Of a stretch of 64,000 bases of DNA, positions 12,858-25,538 are shown in pieces. This DNA comes from Trichoplax adhaerens (Eukaryota > Animalia > Placozoa), in assembly GCF_000150275.1 (NCBI RefSeq), contig NW_002060944.1, forward strand, positions 3,848,123-3,912,122. Direction: 5' to 3'. Position numbers and translations under genes: made by a program. Position 1 is the first letter of the stretch, and the number at the start of each line of letters is the position of its first letter. A model generated the notes under the pieces. It was not told where the DNA came from. It saw nothing but the letters and a program-made list of their open reading frames with translations, and did not search any database.

Positions 12858-13834
12858 TTACTTCTTCTTTGCAGATCTTCTACCTTGCCCTATGTTATAA
12901 ATGATAATGCCATGATAAGGACAGGATTAAGCTTATCTTCATATTTTGTAAAGCTTCAAAAGAGGAATTGCTAACATTTATGCGGAGTATACAGTAGTAA
13001 TGTCAATTCAATTCTTGCTATGATCCCTCAATACTTTTTTAAAGTACATTTTGCTACGGTATAGCTGCAGAACCTAATTTGAATCAGCTAGCATTTGACT
13101 TTATCTTTGATATCAATTATGACTATATAAGATAAGTGGATAGACTGAACTAGAATCTATAACTTGTTGCATAAAACATCGAATCAATAATATCAAATTA
13201 GTTAGCGTTTTCTCAGCGAAGATGTATGTTTTAAATACACAGTCTACGACTGATGACATGCGCTCGATAATTACCCTTCTTTGGTGGAACTTTTCCTTTC
13301 AATCTTCTTTTTTGCTCATTTTCATCTATGAAGTCCTAGAGTTGTAGCATTAAGGTAATATAAAGTTAAGTTCCCGATCTTACACAGATTGATGTTGATG
13401 AAATGAATAAATGAGCTGTATTTGTACAGTATAATATACAGGCTCAGGCTCGTCCACTAGTAAGAGTCCTATTACAAAACTTTACCAAGTGCTCATCTGT
13501 GTATAATCCCATATGGCGCAATCGAAGGAGGAGAGAATTGAAACGTTGAATAGGTTGCGTATATTCCACAATCTGTGGACCTTTAGGTTGTTGTCGAAAA
13601 GCTTTGACCACTTTATAAGATCTATGAAGAAAAGTAGTTGTTATAGTTTAATAATATAATAAGATAATCCCAGTTGATGTCCACGCTCGTCATGCAGAAC
13701 TGCAGTAACTTTAGCATAGTAATAGCACTTGTACGCATTTAGAGTTGGCCTTACTTAGGATCAGTTTTAAAAGGCAATCGACCGAAAATTTTGGCTCTTA
13801 ACCGCGAAATATTCCTTACATGTCCACTACTCAT
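12858..13834 (-). CDS. MRPS33: Mitochondrial small-subunit ribosomal protein mS33, 102 aa, 4 exons
   Basis: Exons 13834-13755, 13621-13486, 13335-13275 and 12889-12858 (309 nt, GT-AG) give MSSGHVRNISRLRAKIFGRLPFKTDPKSYKVVKAF...LRHMGLYTDEHLDFIDE...RLKGKVPPKKGQGRRSAKKK. This matches the mS33 hallmark LRxxGLYxDEHxDF...RGKxxPKKGxGxR. Not captured by the ORF track. Confidence 0.95.
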
Positions 13835-14063
13835 CTTGTTGCAAAGTTAGTTACATTGAAATGGAGTCGCAGATAGAGATTTGTGATCTACTACGTGAAC
13901 TACTACCTCGCTTTGCAAGAATTGCTGCAGCGACGATTCTGCTGTACTTTGGTAAGGTACGATGTCCACTATGACTGTTCTCTTGAAACCTCACTTGTCT
14001 ATACTGTTCACGGACTGACAGAAAATAGGGTGCATCAGCACAGCACCATGCAGACATGCAAAG

Positions 14064-14549
14064 CGGTGTCCAGGGATCTGTGCGTCTGTACAGTTCTTTT
14101 ACAGTACTTGTACCGGTGTCCAGGGAACTGTACTGTACACTGTACTGTACAGTTCTTTTACAGTACTGTACTGTACTTGTACCGGTGTCCTAGGAACTGT
14201 ACGTCTGTACAGTTCTTTTACATTACAGTATACAATATACAGTACTGTACTGTAGTACTGTACACTTATAGACTTACAGTATAGTACACTACCGGTGTCC
14301 AGGGATCTGTACAGTACCTTGTACAGTTCTTTTTAAAGTACAGTACTTGTACCGGTGTCCAGCGATCTGTACATCTGTACAGTTCTTTCACATTACAGTA
14401 TCCAGTACTTGAACCAGTGTCCAGGAATCTGTACGTCTGTACAGTTCTTTTACGGTACTGTACATTGTACAAGTGTACAGTACACTGTATACTGTATAGT
14501 ACTGTACATGTACTGATGTCCAGGGTTCTGTACGTCTGTACAGTTCTTT
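14064..14549. repeat. Minisatellite: about 7 copies of a ~35-bp core (CGGTGTCCAGGGATCTGTACGTCTGTACAGTTCTTT) separated by variable ACAGT-rich spacers
   Basis: Cores start near 14064, 14113, 14183, 14293, 14353, 14415 and 14513. Confidence 0.9.
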
Positions 14550-14820
14550 CTTAGTACAGCACTTTATACTGCACAGTACAGTACAGTAACTCATCACGTA
14601 CAGTACAACTGTACAGTGTACAGTACTATACAGTACAGTATTTCAAACCATACTGTACAGTACTGTACTGTACAGTACTGTAACATGGCTCCTAGTCTAC
14701 TGTACTGTACTGTACAATCATAATACTGTACGTATACAGTAGAGTAAGTTAGCTTACACCATGCTACCGAAGCGAACGCTGCAGTGCAAGTAGAGGACAG
14801 TACAGTACTACTGTAGACCT
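14550..14820. repeat. ACAGT/ACTGT pentamer-rich low-complexity block
   Basis: Dense TACAGTA/TACTGTA/TGTACA words. Confidence 0.85.
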
Positions 14821-16219
14821 GACGACGGTAGACTAGAGACCCTTTGAAGCCTCTCTACAGTATACTATTGTACACATTAGTACACAACCGTGACAACGCG
14901 TAAGACCAATAACCATAGTTACCGCCACCGCTGATCAAAGCGTTCGTTTCAATTGGGTTACCAAAAAAGGCGGAAAAAAAAAAATAATAATACATGTACA
15001 ATACATTACTGGATACGCTGTACTGTACTGTATCTGTAGGTAAACATTGCACGGTATGCGCTTCTCTACAACGCATTGTGTGGTACGTGGTGTACATGTA
15101 TGACTGCTTTACTAGACTCAGTGTCCAGCGCGTCAATCCCACTTCTCCGGTGAAGCATCATTGTGGTACGTACTACACTGCGAGCGATGATCATTAATTA
15201 ATTAATGAATCATTCATGATGATATAATCAAGACTGGAGAAATTGGAGGAAGAAAATTCATTTTCAGCATAATTTAGCCAACCGATTGGCGTAGGCTAGA
15301 CTTGCAATTGGAATCGTATCTAATAGACGACGACAAGGAATCGACCGGCTGCCGATCGACCACTAGATTGTGGAGACGCCGGAATTGCAGCTGGGAAGTG
15401 AAGTAAGTCGACGTAATTGCACGTAAAGTGTTCCAGATGACAACATGTTGCTTGCAAAATATAGCAAATAAATACGATAACTTGGAATGATAAATGAGTT
15501 GGAAGATTGGGCTGCAACTTGCATCGACATTTTTCTACAAAATCTTCATCCTATCGTATTTAAAAATCGACCAAGCAATACCATTACATTGTATAGTAAG
15601 GTATGATGGATCGATCAATGGATCTATTCCTAGCTATTTCAAATGAATCCAGTACTCAGTACCCACTACACAGTAAACTAGTATAGTTCTGACGGCAACT
15701 AGTGCTCATAAGGTCTAGACGTCATACTGTAGATTGCAAAATGATAACAATCCATCTATCCTAGGAAAAGACTGAAATTATCCTTATGGATCTCTGTCCT
15801 ATAGTAGAGTTCATTTTTCAATTCTAAACGAGCCCAACAAATCAAGTTTACTTTCAGCTGACGGGAACTGAAATCTGCTCAATTTGATCCTATTGCAGCC
15901 AATCATTGCATTGCACTCCTACTTGTAGAAAATGATATTTTCCCCACTGTAAATAAATAGACCTTTATAAGTTATATATATATATATACAGTACAGGAAA
16001 ATAGTAGGATCTTATTCATCAATGAATTCATAAACATAATCTAATAATAGAACAGAACGATGGAAGAGGATTTCTTTATTACCTCATGTCAAATAAATAC
16101 GATGAACTTGCATCATTGCCTACTTTCACTTATTGAATGTGTCTGATATTTCAACTATCAGACTAATTGCGGCTAAAACAGTACAATCTCCTGCGATTTT
16201 ATCAATAACTTATTCATTA

Positions 16220-16582
16220 TACGCTATGCAATGTTGTCAAGATAAACAGTTAATAAACGATGCAAACTGCAACTGTATTTTACAACACGCTTTTCCTGTA
16301 CCCCAAAAATCGATGATGATGACGATGGAAGAGGATTTCTAATGGATTATACTGTACGCTATGCAATGTTATCAAGATAAACAGTTAATAAGCGATGCAA
16401 ACTGCAACTGTATTTTACAACACGCTTTCCTATACCCCAAAATCGATGATGATGACGATGGAAGAGGATTTCTAATGGATTATACGCTATGCAATGTTAT
16501 CAAGATAAACAGTCAATAAGCGATGCAAACTGCAGCTGTATTTTACAATACGCTTTTCCTATACCCCAAAAACCTATGATGA
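16220..16582. repeat. ~130-bp tandem repeat x about 2.8
   Basis: Units begin TACGCTATGCAATGTT near 16220, 16355 and 16483. Confidence 0.92.
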
Positions 16583-17248
16583 TGTGATAAATATCGCAAA
16601 TTAGCGAGCCCATACAGAAAGAAATCATATCGCTAAGCAACTCGCATATCATTACTTTTCCCAGCTGAAATCCAATATTATTACAAGGTGTTAACTACTT
16701 GCAGTATTTGGATCTAATTCCGTTACCAAGTAATCCTGTACAGTTTATGCTATTGCCTCAATGTATGCTCCTATACTTATAGCTCTGTCCATGCGAGACC
16801 ATATCTAAAAATCTCCAGCTTTTGATCTACAATTTAAAATATAATTCTCCAGCCCTTCCATTATGACAGCTGTAGCCCATCACTACAGTACTGTACTATT
16901 ACAATATTTTATATACTAGCGTTGATGACGCGCTTGTGATGGCGCTCCGCACTGCAATAAAAATCGAAAGAAAATGAACAGTTTCCAGTAAAGTAAACTC
17001 AGAAAATTTTCTTTCTGACTACATTGAAAACAGTAAATAATTGTACGCTAGTAGAAATAACTACTGTACACTACGATACTGTCTCTGCCAGTTTGGATTG
17101 TAGTACCCTTGACTGTTATGATTATCATACAGTATGAGCTTTAACTTTTAGCAAGACGAGTAGCTTCCTTCAAGCTGTACAAGATGACGATATTCTTTGC
17201 AACTTATTAAAACATACTTTCTGTTTAGACTGATATTATCTGGCATCC

Positions 17249-20200
17249 ATGGATATGGCAAGTAAAAGACAACGTCGGTTTGGACGATCGCGAGCGGGAT
17301 CCGCTAACGAATCCGATAAACCAGTTAAGCAAGATTCAGGTTGGTAACGCAGCATTGGATACAATGTATCGAGAATCAATTTCAGTCATCACTGTCTTTG
17401 CTCAAACTTGCAATTCTGCTTCTCAGTTTGTCACTTAATGTCATGATATACAAAGTCACTCCGCTTCTTTCTATAGAAACATTGCTAACATGTCTGAGAA
17501 ATAATATCATCTTATATTATTATCCATAGATTTATCTACCGAAAAAGAGGGTGAACCCGGCCACGATAAGTTCGGTGTTTGCTATATTACCGAAGTGTTA
17601 ATAAAACACATTACAAAAGAAGATGAGCTTCGTAACATAACCGTATTAAATTTATCAAATTCTAAGAATCAAAAGAAAATTAAGGTACGAAGATTATGCA
17701 ACCCATAATTCAAGCTAAACTTATTAGGCATCCATTTTCTGCCGCTCTTATTATAACCCCTTCTATCTATCTTATACTAAAGTAGTCATTACGGAACACG
17801 ATCAATCATAAGCTAAATACGTCTACATAAATAAATGCACTCCAGCTTCATATTGCAATATTAAAATTCCAAAATATTGTCAATGCTCTTAGAAAATTGA
17901 TCGCTGTGCTGTATTATCTACAATGTATGATGTTTAATTGTTAGTAGCATACATCTATAGCTGTTACACTGTTTACCAGCAAAACATCGTAGCTATCAAC
18001 ACTTACTACAGTAATTATTAAAATCTCATAATCAGTAACAGTATCTTATCCTTATCCTCTACATCAAATATAACTTGGTAATTAGCAAATAGTGGAATAT
18101 CCCATTTGTAGCCGCCGTGTTGGTCAATTTTAGTACGGCGTTAGATCTTATACATGCATCTTGTATACCTGATCTAATTTTAATATTCTTGAATCTAGAC
18201 GATTGAAAATTTGGATAATCTAAAAAAGTTACAAGTATTGAACTTAAGCTTTAATATGATAGAGAAAATAGAACGCCTCGACTCTCTTACCAAACTGAGA
18301 GAATTATATTTACAATATAATTATATTGAACGTCTTGAAGGTTTACAGACTTTAGTGCAATTGCAAAAGTTGGATGTTAGTAATAATTTGATCGATACCA
18401 TTCCTGGTTCTACGATGAAAAAACTTAAATCACTTCAAGTATTTCGCATATCAAACAATCACGTTTCTACGGTAAGAATACGAGCTTGTATAGTTACTTA
18501 TCCATATTTGTCAGACATAGGTTCTACAAGTTAGTCATGACTCTCATACAATTTTATTTTATTTCACGTACATGTAGATGGGACCCATAAGAAAACTACG
18601 GCCGTTACGAGACTTAGTTCAGTTATCAATGGACGGAAATCCTGTTTGCAAGCTACCTCATTTTCAGGAACTGGCTATATATCATCTAACAACACTAGAA
18701 ATTTTAAATGAGCGCACCATAACGAATGGCGAACGGGTTAAAGCTAAACAACGATTTGATCAGGGTGATAATCCAACGCCTTATTTATCGATTGAATCAA
18801 ATATATTCGGTATAACGCTGTAATTGATAAAGTACTTTTTTGACTCTATGTTTAGAGGAATACGATAAACTGGTGGTAGAATTTAGTAAATTGGAACATA
18901 ATCTAAAGGAAGTTGAAAAAGAAAGAGATAAGGCTATCGCCGAATTAAAGCGCAGAGATGAAATCGAGCATTCTATCAAGCAGAAAGGCAAAGACGCGAG
19001 CGCTATGCTTATTGATATGCAAAGGGAACTTGATACTAAAAACGAATTGGTAGAGTTGCATATTACATATCTATACTCTGATATAAATGTAACATCGTAA
19101 TTATCAAATTTTTTTTAATATACTATATGGCTTGATCAATTTTTGTAGCTTAAACAAAAATCAGCAGAACTACAAAGATCGTTGGACAAACATTACAAAC
19201 TCGAGCAGGAGTTAGCGTTTTATAAAATTGATGCTCGATTTGATCAGTTAGGACAAAAACCCAAAGCAGATCCGCAGGTAAAAATGACCGTCTCTGTGCA
19301 CAATCAAGGAGCAGAGCAAGTCTATTCTAACAAATCTTCACTTTCATTTAATTACTATACTATCTTTTTACCGATGTGTGCTGGACAACTTAACATAATT
19401 TGTCAATATTATAAGATTATAGTTAAAGGATTTTTATCAATTATTAAATTAGTACGATGATGAAGAGGATAGAGAAGAAGCAGCTTACATCGGGAAAGCA
19501 TCGCACAGAAGTACTAGTGATCCACCATTAACTGACAGAAAATACGCCGAAGAAGAGCTAAGGGCTCTAGAGGAACTAATTGCTGCTCTTAATGAAGAGT
19601 TAAAAAGCAAAGAACTGGATATTGCAGAAGGTACCTAATAATTAGAAATGAATAGCTGATCTCTTTTATTTCTGGCGATATTAATCCTGAAATAACATTT
19701 TCGCATTTAGCCGAAAATAAGTTACGCTCTCTGCAAGATGAACTAAATGCATTAGAAGAAAGCATAAGGAAAGCGAAAGATGAGTTACAAAAGCTGGATG
19801 ATGATAAGGTAATTCCTGTACTAGGATATCATGTAGGCTTTACTTATTGATCGACGTCTTCACTCTTTTCCTATTAATACCTACAATTATTATAGGTACC
19901 CCCTCAAGATTTAAAAAAGAAATTACATGAACAACTAGCGGAGAAATTGCAATTGGTAATTTTTCATATTATTTAACTAATAGTGCTCCATTATCTTTTA
20001 CTGCGAGATACTAAGTTAATCACTTTCTCTTAGATCGATCAGTTAAAGAAAACTGCTAAAGATCTTGAAGATGGACAGCTAAATGGTAATAGAAAGATGA
20101 CAGAGTTAGAAGATGAAATTCGCCGTTTACACGAACAGCTAAATAAAACTCCTGCGAATGATCCACAAAGTGTAAGTTATTTCTTTATTATGCCATTCTT

Positions 20201-23200
20201 ATGAGCCCTCAGAATAAGACACGACTTATTTCAATGGTAATTTTTGTGTAAAAAACAGGGCAATAGTGACCGATTTGATAATAAAATATGGTATATTTTG
20301 GCTGCTATTTTCTTATCATCGTCGAATACCTAATCTCTACAATTAGTTACTTTTACGATCTGATCTTTAGCATATGTTTGGATCAATTTTATTATATTAG
20401 ACTCAATTGCAATCGAAGGTTTCACTTAAGAGACAAGAATTGATGAATGAGGTTGGCCAAATGGATCTAGTTCGCCAAGAATTAGACGCTACCCTTAGTA
20501 AAATTACTGCAGAAGTAGACGATATTAGGCGTTTAGAAGAAATGTTAAGAAAACCTGGTAAATTATGCTCTACAGACTGCAAATATGCAATTCAAAGAGA
20601 TATTGTCTAAAATACCATAAAAATGTATCACATACTAGGTGAAGATGTAGCAAAAGTAAAAGGGCAATTAAATAGAATTATTGAAGAGTTGACGGCTAAA
20701 AATAAGGAGTTAAATGGACTTATATCAAAGAAACAAGGAGACCTCGATAATGCTCTGAAAGAAAAAGAGAGACTTTCAAAAATGCTGCAAGGTTTTTATT
20801 ATATCAAATACATAAAATACTATAAATTAGCTCCATATTACAAACGCATTAAAACCATTACAATATTAAAATTAGATTTACAAGCTGTAAAGGGAGATAA
20901 CGCTTCGCTAAGAGATCTTCTATCTCGATTGGAGGAAGAGCTGGCACATGAAAAAGCGAAATCTAATGCCTTGAAAAATCAATTAGAAGCAGAAAGTGGT
21001 GATCTAGCAACAAAATTGGCTGAGAGCGAAGCTGAAGTAGATAAATTAAAACATCGGTTGAAGGATTTAGAAAATCAACTAAAAGTCAGCTTTATGCATA
21101 TAGTGCTTTTTCATTTATTGTACTTTGATGAAAATTATGTGCTATTTGAACTAATGAATGAGCTTTCCATTGGTTAGAAATTAAACGACGATATGAAGAA
21201 AGCTGCTGGAGATGCTGAGCGTTCTGCCGATGCATTAGAAGCTAAAGACAAAGAAATCCGTGAATTGAATACGCGTTTAGGTGCCTTAAAGGTAAATTAG
21301 ATTTCTAGCATATCAAAAAATTGTTATTATTAAGGTATGTCCTCGTATGTTAATGTAGTCAACAAATGCCTCACTACAAGATCATATCAAGGATCTCGAA
21401 GATCAACTACAATCAAATATTGATAATATGGTATCACTAGCAGAAGTTTTAGGCCGTTTAAATGAACTTATACCAAATTTAAAGCGAGGAAATACTCCAC
21501 TCCGGAAGCGCGGACCTGACGACAAAATAGGCGGCGCCATAGAGTCTATCCAGAGATGTGTAGATGATCTCTTGGATGAACTTAGAAGGAGTGAAAAAGC
21601 AGCTAGAGATAGCTTAACCCAAGCGGATGAAAATGTAGATGCCTTGAAGCGTAAATTAGCAGAGAACGAAAAAAAATGGAAAGCCGCAATGCAAGTTCAG
21701 GCTGATAAAGATCATGCCGAATTAGAGGAAAGAACAAGGGAATTGGAAAACGAAATTGAGGCGTTGAAAGCGAAATTAAGAGATATGGAGAGGGAAATGC
21801 GACAGAAGCTTAATAAAGCTCGCGGTGAACTAGGAGATGCAAATGAAAAAATCGCTGAACTTGAATCGCTATTAAGTGAAAAGGAAGCTTTGGTACTAAA
21901 GTTAAAAAATATTCCTAAAGATGACGGATCAAAGGCAAGATTATTAAGTGATATTGAGGATCTTAATAGGCGTCTACATGAAAATGATATGCTTGCTAGT
22001 GAGAAACTTCGAAGAGCCGAAGATCGTATAAAAGATTTACAGGAAAGGCTTAGAGATTCCCTCGCAAAGGGAACTGAGCCAGATTTCGATAAGCATGCAG
22101 TAGAAAGAGTAACGGCAGAACTATCAAGAGCTCGTAATCAAATCGAAGCCCTTCAAGCTGCCCTTGAAAGGAAGGACAAAGAATTAATTGATGCCCTCTC
22201 AAGAAGTACACCAAATATTGCTGTAGACAGTGAAGCATCACGGATTGAAATAAATAGACTTCGTAGTGAACTAGCATCTAAAAGAGCGGAAATCGATCGA
22301 TTGATTGACCTACTTGGCCGTTACAATTCTACACCTTCATACAACCCAATCATGTATCCCCCTCAAATGCCTATGTATATCCCTACTCCAGTTGTGCAGC
22401 CTTCAGTAGTGTCACCAGCTTCTGCTCCAACTGTTATACAACAGCCTCCTCCAACCATTATTCGTGATAATCCAACTTGTCACACTTGTTGTCATAATCA
22501 CTACAACCATCACGATAATAATAACAACAGTAATACAGCTATGCAAATGGAATTCGTGAAAGAAAGGGCAGAATTATCTCACTTAACTCAAAGTGTACAG
22601 AATTTGTTGCAAAATATACAAAAACAAACGAAAGATGTAGAATCATTAACTCGCCCAATCATTGTACCACAGTATGTTGCTCCTCAGCCTACACCACCAC
22701 CACCTCCTCAATCAATTCCAATTATCATTTCTGGTCAAGGTACGGTAAATGGACAACCGTCGGTAACGCAAGTACCTCTTCAATCAGGTGGAACCACATT
22801 TATAAATGCCGGAAATCCGATCTCTTCTACCCAAAATAATCCCATGGGAGCGGCTTCGCAACCTGTAGTCACGCAATTGCCTACAGGAGAATCGATCACT
22901 GTTCTACCCCCTATGGTATGTATAACCTCTGTGTTGGTCCTTACTGTATTTGTAGTAGCTCGATATACTCGTAAATGTTTTATTTTAAGTTACAGAATTA
23001 TCCTGCCTTCTTTATATCCAATACAAACACTGCCTATATATGTATATTATGCACTCACATGCTTTACTGTCCTAACATTTTAGCAATCAGCACCTAATCA
23101 GCAACAGCAACAACAGCAGCAACCCCAACCTTCGGCAATTCTAATTCAAAACCCAACTCCTGCCCCTCCAGCGCAACCTTCTAATACAGTATATGTGCCT

Positions 23201-25538
23201 TACATTAAGCAAGAGGAGCCTAAGCGTAAAAAAAAGAAGAAGAAGAAGCCACCTCCACCAACACCTCCTCCTCCCCCACCACCGCCCAAATCTCCATCCC
23301 CGCCTCCGCCTCAACCAATAGAACACCATAATACTGTCCTAGTTGTTCCAGGAGGCAGCTCAACTACAATTGGTGATGAAAACGTAGCTATTCCAAGTGT
23401 AACTACAAGACAAATTGGGGAAGTTACTATTAGAGAGTATGGTAAACCAAACAGAGGTGATAGGACTTTTGGTGGTACAGAGGGAGGTGCAGGAGGCATA
23501 TATGTTAGCGTTCAACCTCCACCACCCCAACCACCACCGCCCGCACCGGTACAACAACCACCACCCAATCGTCGTTCGGATGATAGCGATGAAGATGATA
23601 GGAGGCGCAGACGAAGAAGAGGAAGACGTTCTAGATCACGTACTCCTCCCCCTAGTTTCCCTGCTGGTTTGTTTTGCAATATACCAGAACATCAGCATCT
23701 TGAATCTGAAGTTACAAGACTGCAAGGTATCGTAGATGCATCCAAAGAAGTAATGGAAAACTTGAATAGTCGACAAAGGGAAATAGAGCGCCTGTCGGAA
23801 GCGATTGGACAATTAAAAACTGAACAGAAACATCGCTTAAAATTACTTAAGCAACTAGACGATGATATAAGTGAAAAGAAGAGAAAAAATAAGGACATTA
23901 AAAGAACGAGCGAAGATGCCCAAAATGAACTTTCTAAAATCGTTGAGGAAATAAAAATACGCAATGGTGAGAAAAGCAATATTATGTTAGAAATAAAGGA
24001 TTTGGAAGCGGAAGTACTAGATTCTGCTCGTAGTAGGGAACATCTGATTAGTGAAGCAGAGCAGCTTGTCCAGCAACGAAACGATGTTATAGCTGAAACT
24101 GACCATATTTCTAAGCAACTATCAAGTAGTCTGAAACCTCTTGAAATGGCGGTGAAGCAGCGTCGAATAGAATTATCGGATCTAGAAAAAGCAATCATTC
24201 AAAAGAAAGCTAATCTGGAGACATTAAAGCAAAGAGATGATGTTTTAACTGAAGAGAGGATAGAGGCGGTAAAAGAGCTAGAGGAATTGAGAAGTCAACT
24301 TGATGGATCAAAAAGGCTATTGCATGAGCAAACCGAAAAGAGTAACGTTTCGTTTCAGAAGAATATTGAAGAACTGCAAGCAATGGAAGAAGAAATATCT
24401 TCAATCGATCAGCAACGAAATGAAAGTCGTAGATATCGGGATAGTTTACTAGAGGAAACTGCCAATGCAGAGAAAGTTTTGGAAGAACGAAGAGCAGCAT
24501 CAAGTCATGTAAAATTAGAACTAAATCAGCAAAAGCTGGAATTAAGGAATGTAAGCAACATGCTGACTAAGACCAAAGAGCAATATAGAATAACTAAGGA
24601 AAAGGTAAATTGCGTCTTTTAGAATTAACCTTTATTTTTAGTCTTATTCTTGTTTATCCAATATTTTATCCTAATTAGCTACGTGAAACATTGCTAAAAT
24701 TTGAAGACGCTAAAGATATTTTGCATCAGACGGAACAAAATGCCGAGATAATTGAAAAACATGCATTAAATACATCGGAAAAATTATCAAAAGCAGAGAA
24801 TGAGATCAAGGTATTATCGCAAATATCGAAAGATTATGAACGATCCCACCGAAGTAGGACAAATGAGTTAAATAGTCTCATTAAGGTTAGCAATATGTTG
24901 TTAAGATACTTCTTGAGATGCGATAGTTACATGTCGACAATTTGTCCATACTCTACTTAACATTTTAGGAGATAAATGATAAAAAGATAGAGCTTAGGCA
25001 AGCTGAACAACTTACTGAAGAAGCGGTAAGATCGAAAGCTATTACCGAGAAACAGCTTTCTAGGTTAACTCAGCAGATTGAAAGGAGTAACGACAAGCTT
25101 CAGAGAGCCAAAGACCATCTGCAAGAAATAATTTCTCGAACTGGACTTACTTTGAGGTAGAACTATAATTATTCATTTTTTAGGCTTCATAAGAACGGGA
25201 ACCTTAATGTTTAAATCAAATTAATTTTTTTCTATCTTTTAATATTCTTGGATAGCTTAAACGAACTTCAACAAAAGTTATTAGAAACTGAAAAAGAACA
25301 ATTAATGAGAAATGAAGAGATGTCATATTTCGTGTCAGAAAATGAAAAGCTTATTGAATCTAAAAAGAATGAATTAGCCCGACTCCGTGGTGAAATTGAT
25401 TTTAGGCGAATTGAGTTAAAAGACTATGAAGAAAAGGTACAAAGCGTTAGAACGGAACTAAAAAATTTTGAAAAAAGCCGCCGTAAAGACGAAAAGCAAA
25501 CAATAAATGTTACCTCTCCTTGGCTACAGAGCAAATAG
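17249..25538 (+). CDS. CNTRL: Centriolin (CEP110): N-terminal LRRs plus long coiled coils, about 19 exons, roughly 1,900-2,000 aa
   Basis: Exon 1 is 17249-17339. Exon 2 from 17530 encodes GVCYITEVLIKHITK...LNLS, followed by SDS22-type LRR exons (18200-18471, 18578-18764). Family blocks YKLEQELAFYKIDARF, AYIGKA and FCNIPEHQHLESEVTRLQ are present, with extensive heptad sequence. The 3' end is less certain. Confidence 0.9.

Noticed and set aside
14064-14549. CRISPR-like repeat-spacer array
   Set aside because: Eukaryotic context, no cas genes, degenerate repeats, and spacers that are low-complexity pentamer runs of very unequal length.
14761-14779. Minus-strand GCGTTCGCTTCGGTAGCAT resembles the U6 snRNA 5' end
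   Set aside because: No ACAGAGA box or other U6 sequence follows.
14912-14930. Minus-strand CGGTGGCGGTAACTATGG resembles LSU rRNA helix 69
   Set aside because: The match is short and the flanks have no rRNA similarity.
13851-15197. ORF-track hits rich in Y/C/T/V
   Set aside because: They are translations of ACAGT repeats and promoter DNA. The same applies to ORFs at 38053-38443.
22050-24503. Antisense and alternate-frame ORFs inside centriolin exons
   Set aside because: Shadow frames of coiled-coil and poly-Pro coding sequence. Similar shadows occur in the POMGNT1-like gene and QTRT1.
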